The position numbers and the translations under genes were made by a program. DNA of 64,000 nt from NCBI RefSeq assembly GCF_009914755.1, contig NC_060926.1; one strand, written 5' to 3'. Positions within the stretch are counted from its first letter, which is position 1. Every line of letters starts with the position of its first letter. Below, piece after piece: positions 12,236-28,937 of the stretch. The notes below the pieces were generated by a model, which was not told the DNA's origin, did not search any database, and worked only from the letters and a program-made list of their open reading frames with translations. This DNA comes from the human T2T-CHM13v2.0 reference genome, Homo sapiens.

Positions 12236-13250
12236 ATGGGGAAAAAACAGAGCAGAAAAACCGGAAACTCTAAAAATCAGAGCACCTCTCCTCCTCCGAA
12301 GGAACGCAGCTCCTCACCAGCAATGGAACAAAGCTGGATGGAGAATGACTTTGACGAGTTGAGAGAAGAAGGCTTCAGAAGATAAAACTACTCCAAGCTA
12401 AAGGAGGAAGTTCGAAGCAACGTCAAAGAAGTTAAAAACTTGAAAAAAAATTAGACGAATGGCTAACTAGAATAACCAACGCAGAGAAGTCCTTAAAGGA
12501 CCTGATGGAGCTGAAAACCACGGCACGAGAACTACGTGACAAATGCACAAGCCTCAGTAGCAGATGCGATCAACTGGAAGAAAGGGTATCAGCGATGGAA
12601 GATGAAATGAATGAAATGAAGTGAGAAGAGAAGTTTAGAGAAAAAAGAATAAAAAGAAATGAACAAAGCCTCGAAGAAATATGGGACTATGTGAAAAGAC
12701 CTAACCTACATCTGATTGGTGTACCTGAAAGTGACGACGAGAATGGAAGCAAGCTGGAAAACACTCTGCAGGATATTATCCAGGAGAACTTCCTCAATCT
12801 AGCAAGGCAGGCCTACATTCAAATTCAGGAAATACAGAGAACACCACAAAGATACTCTTCGAGAAGAGCAACTCCAAGACACATAATTGTCAGATTCACC
12901 AAAGTTGAAATGAAGGAAAAAATGTTAAGGGCAGTCAGAGAGAAAGGTCGGGTTACCCACAAAGGGAAGCCCATCAGACTAACAGCGGATCTCTCAGCAG
13001 AAACTCTACAAGCCAGAAGAGAGTGGGGGCCAATATTCAACATTCTTAAAGAAAAGAATTTTCAACCCAGAATTTCATATCCAGCCAAACTAAGCTTCAT
13101 AAGTGAAGGAGAAATAAAATACTTCACAGACAAGCAAATGTTGAGAGATTTTGTCACCATCAGGGCTCCCTAAAAGAGCTCCTGAAGGGAGCACTAAACA
13201 TGGAAAGGAGCAACCGGTACCGGCCACTGCAAAAACATGCCAAATTGTAA
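12236..13250 (+). pseudogene. L1 ORF1p remnant (disrupted)
   Basis: ATG GGG AAA AAA CAG start; RPNLHLIGVPE, REWGPIFNIL and YPAKLS motifs; frameshifts and in-frame stops. Confidence 0.9.
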
Positions 13251-13313
13251 AGACCTTCAAGGCTAGGAAGAAACTGCATCAACTAATGAGCAAAATAAGC
13301 AGCTAACATCATA

Positions 13314-17121
<3,808 letters not shown>

Positions 17122-17418
17122 ACAATGAGAACACATGGACACAGGAAGGGGAACATCACACACCGGGGCCTGTTGTGGGGTGGGGGAAGGGGGAGGGATA
17201 GCATTAGGAGATATACGTGATGCTAAATGACAAGTTAATGGGTGCAGCACACCAACATGGCACATGTATACATATGTAACAAACCTGCAAGTTGTGCACA
17301 TGTACCCTAAAACTTAAAGTATAATGATAATATAATTAAAAAAAAATTATAATGATTTAGTGAAATTTACTTCAGTATATCTCTCACCATAAAAAGGTGA
17401 TCAAAATAGCACAGAGTA

Positions 17419-19560
17419 CACTCTTGCCACTTCTAGTCACCATAGTACTGGAAGTTCAAACCAGAACAATTAGACAAGAAAAAAATAAAAAGCATCCAAA
17501 TTGGAAAGGAAAAAGTAAAATCATCTCTATCTGTAGACAATTCTAAGGACTTAGAAAACTATTTGAACTATAAAAGAATTCTGTAAAGTTGCAAGTTACA
17601 AAGTCAACATACAAAACTCAGTTCTATTTCTATACACAAACCACGAATTGCATACAAAATTAACTGAAAAATCAATTCTATTCACAGTAGCAGCAAAAGA
17701 ATGAAATACACAGGAATAAACTAAAAAAAGAAGTGAAACACTTTTAGACTGAAAATTATAAAACTAATGAAGGAAGTGAAATAAAACACAGATAAATGAA
17801 AAGACATCCTGTGTTTATGGATTGGAATAACTAATATTATTAAAATGTGCATACTATCTAAAGTGATCTATAGAGTCAATGCAATCCCAATTAAAATCTT
17901 CACAGAAATAGAAAAAAATCTTAAAACTTATATGGAACTACAAAAACCCTGAAAAACAATAGGAATCTTGAACAAAAAGAACAAAGCTGAAGGCATCACA
18001 CTTCCTGATTTCAAAATATATTATAAACTGATAGTAATCCAAACAGCATAGTACTGGCATAAAAACAGACATAGACCAGTGAAATAGAATGGAGGGACCA
18101 GAACTAAATCTACACATTATAGTCAACTGATCTTCAATAATGGTGCCGAGAACACACAATAGGGAAAGGATCACATCTTTAATAAACAGTGTTGGGAAAA
18201 TTGGATATCCACAGGTAGAAGAATGAAATTGGACCCTTATCTCATATCATATACAAAATGAACTGAAAATGGATTAGTGAGTTAAGTGTAAGACCTGAAA
18301 CCACAGAACTACTGCAAGGAAACATAGTGAAAAAGCTTCTTGACATTGGTCTGGGCAATGATTTTTTGGATATTACACCAAAAGCACAAGCAACAGAAGT
18401 AAAAATAGACAAGTAGGATTGCATCAAACTAAAAGTTTCTTCACAGCAAAGAAAAAAACCAATAGAGTGAAAAGACAATCTAGAGCATAGGAGAAAATAT
18501 TTGCAAACTATATATCTGATAACTGGTTAATTTCCAAAATATATAAAGAATAACTCTTACAAATCAATAGCAAGAAAACAAACATCCTGATTTAAAAAAT
18601 GGGAAGGACTTGAACAGATGTTTCTCAAAGAGAAGACAATAAAATGGCCAATGGCTATGTAAAAAGATGCTCAACATCACTAGTCATCAGGGAAATGCAA
18701 ATCAAAACCATATGGTAACACCCCACACCTGTTAGAGGGGCTACTATCAAAAAGACAAAGTATAACAAGTGTTGGCAAGGACGTGGAGAAAAGGGAGCCC
18801 TTGTACACCATTGGTGAGAATGTAAATTGGCATAGCCATTATGAAAAATAGTATGGAGGGTCCTTAAAAAAATTAAAGATAGAATTACCATATGATCCAG
18901 CCATTTCACTTCTGGGTATAAATCCAAAGGAACTGAAATCAGTATCTTGAAGAGATATTTGCACTCCCATATTCTTTGCAGCATTATTCGCAATAGCAAA
19001 GAAATGGAAACAACTTAAATGTCGCTGAGAGATGAATGGATAAATAAAATGTGGTCTATATTATATACAATGGAATATTCTTGAGCCTTAGAAAAGAAGA
19101 AAAGCTGCCATTTACAATAATATGGAGTAACCTGGAGGACATTATGCTAAGTGAAATAATCTGGACACAGAAAGGCAAATACTGCATGGTTTCATTTATA
19201 TCTGATATCTAAAATAGTCAAACTCACAGAAGCAGAGTAGAATGGTGGTTGCCAGGGGATCGGGGGAGGGAGAAATGGAGAGATGTTGATTGAAGGTTAT
19301 AAAGTTTTAGTTTTGCAAGATGAATAAGTACTGGAGATCTAATGCACAGCAATGTGACTATAGTTAAAAATACTGTATTATACACCTGAACTTCCAAGAC
19401 AGTAGATGTTTTTCAGCCCCTCACTCCCAACACACACACCAAAGTAACTATATGAGGGAATGGATATGTTAATTAGCTTGATTATGGTGATTGTTTCATA
19501 ATGTATATAAAAATATCAAGTTGTATACTTCAGCTATATACAATTTTAAGGCAATAAAAA
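17419..19560 (+). mobile_element. 5'-truncated L1MA8/L1MA9-like element
   Basis: Degenerate ORF2 from the [10 protein letters not shown] region to the 3' end; 3'UTR GATGAATAAGTACTGGAGATCTAATG...GGATATGTTAATTAGCTTGATT; possible TSD remnant CAGAGTA. Confidence 0.8.
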
Positions 19561-20627
19561 ATGCAGAGTAAAATTGACAACACTCAAACAGTGTGGTAAA
19601 ATTATTTGGGACCTATTTTTGAATTTTTAGGTATATTTTATCAGCATCTAATATGAGGTCCTGTTCATCACAAGTACTTTGCTAATTGGCATGCCTAGTT
19701 TACTTCTTTTTCTTTAAGTCAAGTTTTCATTTTATCTTATTTGGAAAACTAGTAAAAAATTAACTAGTCGGGACCCATAGCCAACCTGGAAAGGAAGAGC
19801 TAAAAACTGGCTGATCTTTAACATTTAATCAATAAGTAACTCTCTTATTTCTGCTTGTACATAATGTAGATATTTGTTTGGGACTGCTATTTACTAGTTA
19901 GTCACATTATAGTCATCTAATAAATTCCATTGAATTAAATTAAATTATTTTGAAAGTGAACTTAAAAATTTTGACAGTGATTCATAATTTGGAGGATTCT
20001 GATCAGCTTAAAAGTACAAGATAAGTATTTGACAAAGAAGTCATTTCCTATTTTGTCCGTTAAAAAAATTCATATTCCATTTCAAAGGGCTCACCTAGAG
20101 TGATAGTTAATTTCCCATTGATAAAATAAGTGGTCACTATCAAAATCTTTCATTTACTCTTAACAGAAAGTAAACCCATTTCCAATCTGCATGAGTTGTT
20201 CTGAAACTAAGCATGATTTCCACTAATAAATTATGAGAAATACAACAAGTTATGAATGATGACCAAAAGATACAGATGCTAAATGTTTAGTTAAAAAAAA
20301 GCAATCTTGTAAAGAAAAAAATCCAAGTTCTTGAAAAATGTTAAAATAAGTGCAGAGCTTTAGTTCTTAAGCTGGGAGCAGTCATATTAATTAGTTATAA
20401 AAATTAGCAATTGAAATAAAATGCAGCACATCAATAGAAAAGGCCGCTTGAGAATTGTGAGTCGAAATTATTCTACTGTTTTAGGTCAGAAATTTTATGA
20501 CATACTATAAAATAAGGAAATTTCCAAATTCTGTATGTAGAATGAAACTTTTTTGAAGTTCTGGGAAACTGATTTGCAAATCACTTTCATGTATGTTGTT
20601 TACTTGTGTATGTTAAGCCTAAACCTA

Positions 20628-20860
20628 GGCAGTGCAGCCTAGTAGTGAAGAGGAAGCTACTGGAGCCTGACTGATTAGATCCAAATGCTTGCATTCTCAT
20701 TTATCAGCTACAGGACCTCCAAGACCTTGGGAAATTACTTAACCTCTTCAAGCTTTGGCTTCGTCATTTCTAAAATGGGGATAACAGTCCTACTTCACAG
20801 GATTTTAGTCAGGATTAGATGTCATAATGCATCTAAAAATTTCTACTTATTATTATTACT
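20628..20860 (+). mobile_element. MIR
   Basis: GACCTTGGGAAATTACTTAACCTCT...CATTTCTAAAATGGGGATAACAG core. Confidence 0.8.
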
Positions 20861-21089
20861 GCTAGCTATAGGAGAGAATGCTCTGGCTTAATCCAAATAA
20901 CTTTCTCTTCATTTTAACATATAGTTGGTGTCTTGAGAATGTTCTTTCCTGCCTAAATTATTTAATCTTTATGTCCATGTTCTTCCTAAAGGCCTCTGAG
21001 TCAGCTGTGGGCTGTGTGTGTGTTTGGTGTGATTAAGATTAGAAAATGGAAAATATATTGTGGATCCCTCTACTTAAGATGGCTGACTA

Positions 21090-21393
<304 letters not shown>

Positions 21394-21399
21394 GGCTGA

Positions 21400-21637
<238 letters not shown>

Positions 21638-22172
21638 AGCTCTTTAACTAGATCATCCAGGTGGACACTCTGGGATTCAGCGAGGAAACAACACAACCCA
21701 CGGAGAACAAAGACGAGTAAGACAGGAGAGCCTCCCACCAGGAGTGGTACGGAGCCAGGAGAGGCCCCCAACATGGGGAAATGGTGAGTGAGTCAGAGTG
21801 CCTGGGGACCCACACTTCTGCCAGGGGACTTTTGCAACACTGGGCTCAGGAGAACACCCATGACCTCTCCCAACCGGGGCCTGCAGACTGACAGGGAGAG
21901 CTAGGTGGAGTCTGGGTGGAGCCGCCACTCAGGCACATGCAGAGTGCTGGTGGCCTTGGATCCCAGGGCAACCCAACACCAGCGGCTGCAGTTCCGGCAA
22001 CAGGGAAGGTCAGGCTCCTTCCCACACCACCAAGATAGAGACCACACCCACGGGGCTGTGCAGTGGACAAACTGCAGGGCTCACCTGCACTGCACCTCCT
22101 CAGACAAGGTCCACTGGCCTGGGACCTTAGCGTAGCCACCCAGCGCCAGCTGATCTCTCAGGCCACTAGCTG

Positions 22173-23660
22173 CTCTGCGCTTCCCTGGGACGGAGCTCCC
22201 AGAGGTAGCAGGCAGGCCGCCATTTTCGCTGCTCCACAGCAGTCCCTCCTGTTGCCCTCAGGCTCTGGAGGGAGCACCGTGATTACGCACTCACAGGGAC
22301 CCCCAGTACAGCACAGCTGCCTTACAGTAAAGCGGCCAGATTGTTTTCCACATGGGTCCCCAGCCCAGCGCCTTCTCACTGGGCAGGGCCTCTTGACCTG
22401 GAATCCCAGCCACCCCTTGCTTGGACCATTGGGCTGGTAACAGTTCTGCACTTCCCTGAGATGGAGCTCCCAGAAGTAGCAGGTGGGTCGCCATTTTCGC
22501 TACTCCACAGCCCTTGCTCCTGTTGCCCTCAGGCTGAGGAGTGCAGTGATTAGGGACTCACGCGGGGCTCCAGCACAGTGCAGCTGCCTTACGGAAAAGG
22601 AGCCAGACAGTTTTCCATGCGGGTCCCTGCCCCTGCTACTCCTCACTGCGCAGGATCTCTTGACTTGGGACCCCAGCACAGCCACCCTGCCCCTGCTTGA
22701 ACACTTCCGTTGGTGGCAGCTCTGCGTTTCTCTGGGGAGGAAATCCCAGACATGATCCACAGTCCCTCGGTCACTGAAGCTGCAGTGGTATTGCCCTTAT
22801 TGCCCTCAGGCTGGGGAAGAAACAAAGGACCTGGTTGCCTCGCTGGAACCTCCAGCATGCTGCAGCCACCATACAGAGAGGAGCCCAGTCTCTCTTCTCT
22901 GTGAGCCCCTATCTCCCACCCTTCACCAGGCAGGGCCCCCCAGCTCGGGACCACAGAGCAGCTACCTCACCCCCAGCTGAGCATTTCCACTGGTAGTGGC
23001 TCTGTGTTTCCCTGGGGTGGAGCTCCCTGAGGCAACCGACAGCCCCGACAGCCCCATTGCCACTGCAGTGGTTCTGCCCTTGCTGCCCTAGGACTGAGGA
23101 AGGAACAAAGGGCCTGAGGGATTTACTTGTGGCACCAGCATGTCAAAGTCACCATATGGAGGGGATCCCAGTCTGCGCTCCCTGTGAACCCCCAACTGCC
23201 TGCTCTTCACCAGTTGCCCCCTACCTTGGGCCAGCTGCACAGACACCCCACCCCCTGACTGAACATTCCCATTGGCAGCAGCTCTGCATTTCTCTGAAGT
23301 GGAGCTCCCAGAGGCAACTGAAAGCCCCTCTGCCACTGCCACTGCAGTGGTACTGCCACTGCAGTGGTACTGCTCCTGCTGCCCTTGGACTGAGGAAGGA
23401 ACAAAGACTCTAACTGCTTTACCTACACCTCCAGCAAGCTACAGCTGCCCTAAGGAGAAGCCAGTCCACCTCCCTTATGAGCCGCCTGCACCCTCCTGCT
23501 CATCACCAGGGAGGGCCTCCAGGCTTGGGCCCACAACATGGCTGCCCCACCCCGGACTGATTGCACCAATTGGTAGTGGCTCTGCATTTCTTTGGGATGG
23601 AACCCCAAGACACAAGTGAAAGGCCCTCTGCCACACCACTGCCAAGGTCCCTTCCCCCGC
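22173..23660 (+). repeat. Diverged tandem array of ~270-300-bp monomers in the old L1 5'UTR
   Basis: Motif CTCTG(C/T)RYTTYYCTGGGG..GGAGCTCCCAGA recurs at about 22173, 22444, 22720, 23000, 23282 and 23580. Confidence 0.85.
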
Positions 23661-24540
23661 TGCCTCCAAGCTGGGGAGGGAACGTAAAACCTGAGCTGGC
23701 TCGAGGGCTGCAGTGTGCAGCCCAGGAGTGCCAAGCCAAGATCTGCAGCCAGCACTTGAGGGGAAGAGGAGCCCGCACTCTAAGAGCACTGAGAGAAAGC
23801 ACAGCTGCAAACATGAGGAGATGCAGAAGAGCCATGTGACTGAGCAAGAGCCTACCTACTGGCCATTACGTTAACCGCCATCTACCCGATCGCAGTCTAA
23901 AGTTCAACACCAAAAATACTTTGCTAATACAACCCCTCATGAAACCAAGGACAAGAATTCAGCTAAAAATAAAGACCCTGCACAAAACTTTGGCATGCTG
24001 AAAACATTCAGAAATGAAGTCAGCTGATTATATTTTCAAATTACACTACAGTTAAGGAACATCAGCTCACACAGATGAGAAAGAATCAGTGCAAGAACTC
24101 TGGAAACTCAAGCCTAGAGTGTCTTTTTTCCTTCAAATGACTGCACTGGTTCCCTAGCAAGGGTTCTTAACCAGGTTGAAATGGCTAGAATGACGGACAT
24201 AGAATTCAGAATATGGATAGGAATGAAGATCATTGAAATTCAGGGGAAAGTCAAAACTCAATCCAAGGAATCTAAGGATTACAATAAAATGATACAGGAG
24301 CTGAAAGACAAAATGGCCATTATAAGAAAGAACTGATCTGATAGAGGTGAGAAACACACTACAAGAATTTCATAATGCAATCACAAGTATTTATAGCAGA
24401 ATAGACCAAGCTGAGGAAAGAATCTCAGCACTCAGACTGGGTCTTCAATTTAACTCAGTCAGACAGAAATAAAGAAAAAAGAGTAAAAAAAAATGAACAA
24501 AACCTCCAAGAAATATGAGATTATGTGAAGAGACCCAACC

Positions 24541-25250
24541 TGTAATCACCCAACAGTTTCACCTTGTCTGCTGCCTAAACAGCTGATTTATCAAGACAAG
24601 GGAATTGCAATAAAGAGTCATTCATGCAGAGCCGGCTGTGCGGGAGACCAGAGCTTTATTATTACTCAAATCAGTCTCCCTGAGAATTTGGGGATTGGAG
24701 TTTTTAAGGATAATTTGGTGGGTGGGGGTGGGGCCAGTGAATCAGGAGTTCTGATTGGTCAGGTTGGAGATGAAATCATAGGGAGGTAAAGCTGTCCTCT
24801 AGTGCTGAGTCAGTTCCTGAGTCAGACCAGATGGTCCAGTTTATTGATCTAGGTGGAGCCAGCTGATCCATCTAGTACAGGGTCTGCAAAATATCTCAAG
24901 CACTGATCTTAGGTTTTATAATAGTGGTGTTATCCCCAGGAGCAATTTGGGGAGGTTTAGAATCTTGCAGCCTCCAGCTGCATGACTCCTAAACCATAAT
25001 TTCTAATCATGTGGCTTATTTGTTAGTCCTACAAAGACAGTCTATTCCCCAGGTAGGAAGGGGGTTTGTTTGGGGAAAGAGCTTTATCATCTTTGTTTCA
25101 AAGCTGAACTATAAACTAAGTTCCTCTCAAAGTTAGTTTGGCCTATGCCTAGAAATGAACAAGGACAGCTTGGAGGTTAGAGGCAAGATGGATTCGGTTA
25201 GGTCAAATCTCTTTCACTGTCTCAGTTATAATTTTGCAATGACCATTTCA
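24541..25250 (-). mobile_element. Solo LTR8/LTR8A (ERV1) inserted in L1 ORF1
   Basis: TG...CA termini; reverse strand starts TGAAATGGTCATTGCAAAATTATAACTGAGACAGTGAAAGAG; 4-bp TSD AACC/AACT; host ORF1 resumes on the other side. Confidence 0.88.
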
Positions 25251-28200
25251 AACTTATGACTCATTGGTGTCCCTGAAAGAGAGGGAGAAAAAATATGCAA
25301 CTCTGAAAACATATTTGAGGATATTATTTACAAACATTTTTTCAACCTTGTTAGACCAACATTTAAATTCAGGAGATGCAGAGAACCCCTGTGAGATATT
25401 ATACAAGATGATCATTCCCAAGACATATAATCAGATTCTCTAAGGTTGACATGAAAGAAAAAATATTAAAAGCAGCTAGAAAGACAGGGCAGGTCACCTA
25501 TTAATACAAAGGGAAACCCATTAAGATAACAGTAGAATTTTCACTAGAAACTCTATAAGCCAGAAGAGATTGTGGGCCTGTATTCAACATTCTTAAAGAA
25601 AAGAAACTTCAACCAAGAATTTCACATCTAGTCAAACTAAGCTTCATAAGTGAAGAAAAAATAAGGTCCTTTTCAGAAAACCAAATGCTAAGGGAATTCG
25701 TTACCACCAGACCTGCCTGCCTTACAAAAGGTACTTAAGGGAATGCTAAATATGGAAACAAGAGACTATTACCAGCCACCACAAAAACACACTTAAGTAT
25801 ATAGACCATTAACACTATAAAGCAACCACACAATCAAGTCTGCATAATAACCAGCTAATGACATGATGACAGGATTGAATCTGCACATATCAATATTAAC
25901 TTTTAATGTAAACAGGCTAAGTACTCCAATTAAAAGGCACAGAGTTGCAAGTTGGATAAAGAAGCAAGACCTGGCTGTATGATGTCTTCAAGAGACCCAT
26001 TTCACATGCAATGACACCCATAGGCTCAAAGTAAAGGGATGGAGAAAAATCTATCAAGCAAATGGGAAACAAAAAATCAGGTTGCTTATTCTAATTTCAG
26101 ACAAATCAGACTTTAAGCCAATAATGATTTGAAAAGACAAAGAAGAGTATTATATAGTGGTAAAATGTTCAATTGAACAAGAAGATGTAACTATCCTAAA
26201 TATATTTTCCCCCTATACAGGAGCACCCAGATTCATGAAGCAAATTTTTAGAGACCTAGAAAGAGACTTAGATAACCACACAATAATAGTGGGAGAATTC
26301 AACACCCCACGACAGTATTAGACAGATCATTGAAGCAGAAAACTAATGAAGATATTTGGGACCTGACCTTGACACTTGACCAAATGGGCCTAACAATTAT
26401 CTACAGAAGTCTTCACCCAAAAACAACAGACTATACATTCTTCTTCTCATGTGCACATGGCACATACTCTAAAATTAACCACACAATTGGCCATAAAACA
26501 GTCCTCAGCAAATTCAAAAAAACTGAAATATGAAATACATTCTCAGATCGTGGAACAATTAAAATGTAAATCAACACTAAGAAATCACTCAAAACTATAC
26601 AAGTATATGAAAAATTAAACAACCTGCTCCTGAATGACTTTTGGGTAAAAAATGAAGTTAAGGCAGAAATCAAGAAATTCTTTGAAACTAATGAGAACAA
26701 AGATATTACATACCAGAATCTCTGGGACACAGCTAAGGGAGTATTAGGAGGCAAGTTTATAGTGCTAAAGGCTCACTTAAAAAAGAAAGATCTCAAAGTA
26801 ACAACCTAACATCACATCTAGAGGAACTAGAGAAACAAGAGCAAACTAACCCCAAAACTAGCAGAAGACAAGAAATAATCAAAATTAGAGCTGAACTGAC
26901 AGAAATTGAGAAATGAAAAACCATACAAAAGATAAGCAAATGCAGTAGTTTGTTCATTGAAGGAATAAATAAGATTGATAACCTGCTGGCTAGATGAATA
27001 AAGGAAAAAAATGAGAAGATCCAAGTAAACATAATCAGAAATGACAAAGGGGACTTTACCACTGACCCCACAGAAGTACAAAGAACTCTCAGAGACTACT
27101 ATGAACACTTCTATGAACACAAACTGGAAGAAACCTAGAAGAAATGGATAAATTCCTGGAAACATATAACCTCCCAAGATTGAACAAGGAAGAAATTGAA
27201 TCCCTGAACAGACCAGTAATGAGTTCTGAAATAGAATCAGTAATAAAAAGCCTACCAACCAGAAAAAGCCCAGGGCCAGATGGATTCACAGCTGAATTCT
27301 ACCAGATGTCTAAAGAAGAGCTGGTACTGTTCCTACTGAAACTATTTCAAAAAATTGAGGAGAAGAGACTCCTCCCCAGCTCATTCTATGAGTCCAGCAT
27401 CACCCTTATACCAAAACCTGGCAGAGACACGACAATGAACAATAAAACTTCAGGCCAATTTCCTTGCAGATGACATTATTCTTACCTAGAAACCCCCAAA
27501 ATCTCTGCCCCAAAACTCCTAGATCCCATAAACAACTTCAGCAAAGTTTCAGGATACAAAATTAATGTACAAAAGTCAGTAGCATTTCTATACACCAACA
27601 ACATCTAAGCTGAGAGCCAAATCAAGAATGCAGTCCCATTCACAATAACCACAAGAAGAATAAAATACATAGGAATATAGCTAACCAGGGAGGTACAAGA
27701 TCTCTACAATGAGAATTATGAAAAACTGCTCAAAGAAATCAGAGATGACACAAACAAATGGGGAAACATTCTATACTCATGGATAGGAAGAATCCATTTT
27801 GTTAAAATGGCCATACTACCCAAAACAATTTACAGATTCAATGCTATTCCTATCAAACTACCAATGATATTCCTCACAGAATTACAAAAAAAATTTTAAA
27901 ATTCATAGAGAACCACAAAAGAGCCGGAATAGGCAGAGCAATCCTAAAGAAAAAGAACAAAGCTGGAGGCATTATGTTACCTTGTTACCTGACTCCAAAC
28001 AATAAAGGCTACAGTAACCAAAGCTGCATGATACTGGTACAAAAACAGACACATAGACCAATGTAACAACATAGAAAGTCCAGAAATAATGTCGCAGTCC
28101 TACAACCATCTGATCTTTGACAAAGTTGACAAAAACAAGCACTGGGGACAGGACTCCTTCAATAAATGGTGTTGGGATTACTGGCTAATCATATGCAGAA

Positions 28201-28937
28201 AATTGAAACTAGCCACTGTCCTTACACCATATACAAAAATCAATTCAAGATGGATTAAAGACTTAAATGTAAAACCTAAAAGTATAAGAACCCTGGAAGA
28301 TAATGTAGGAAATACTATTCTGGACATAGGCCCTGGCAAAGATTTCATGATGAAGATGGCAAAAGCAATAGCAACAAAACAAAAATGGACAAACGAGACT
28401 TAATTAAATCAGAGAGCTTCTGCACAGCAAAAGAAACTATCAACAGAGCAAACAGACAGCCTACAGAATGGGAGAAAATATTTGCAAACTAGGCATCTGA
28501 CAATGATCTAGTAACAAGCATTTATAAGGAACTTAACAGGCAAAAACAAAGAGCTTCATTAAAAAGTGGGCAAAGGACGTGAACAGATACTTTTCAAAAG
28601 AAGACATGCACGCAGCCAACAGGCATATGGAAACATACTCAACATTATAAATCATTAGAGAATTGCAAATCAAAACCACGATGAGATACCATCTCATACC
28701 AGTCAGAATGGCCATTATTATTATTATTTTTAAATTATTATACTTTAAATTCTAGGGTACATGTGCACGAAGTGCAGGTTTATTACATAGGTATACATGT
28801 GCCATATTGGTTTCCTGCACCCATCAACTCGTCATTTACATTAGGTATTTCTCCAAATGCTATCCTTCTCCCAACCCCCATCCTCTGACAGGCCCTGGTG
28901 TGATGTTCCCCACCCTGTGTCCAAGTGTTCTCATTGT

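Noticed and set aside
22173-23660. CRISPR-like repeat/spacer array
   Set aside because: Units are ~280 bp, diverged, homologous along their length with no unique spacers, and lie in a human LINE-1
21677-23847. Dense overlapping ORFs with repeated peptides
   Set aside because: Expected from a GC-rich, stop-poor tandem monomer array in an L1 5'UTR; no consistent frame
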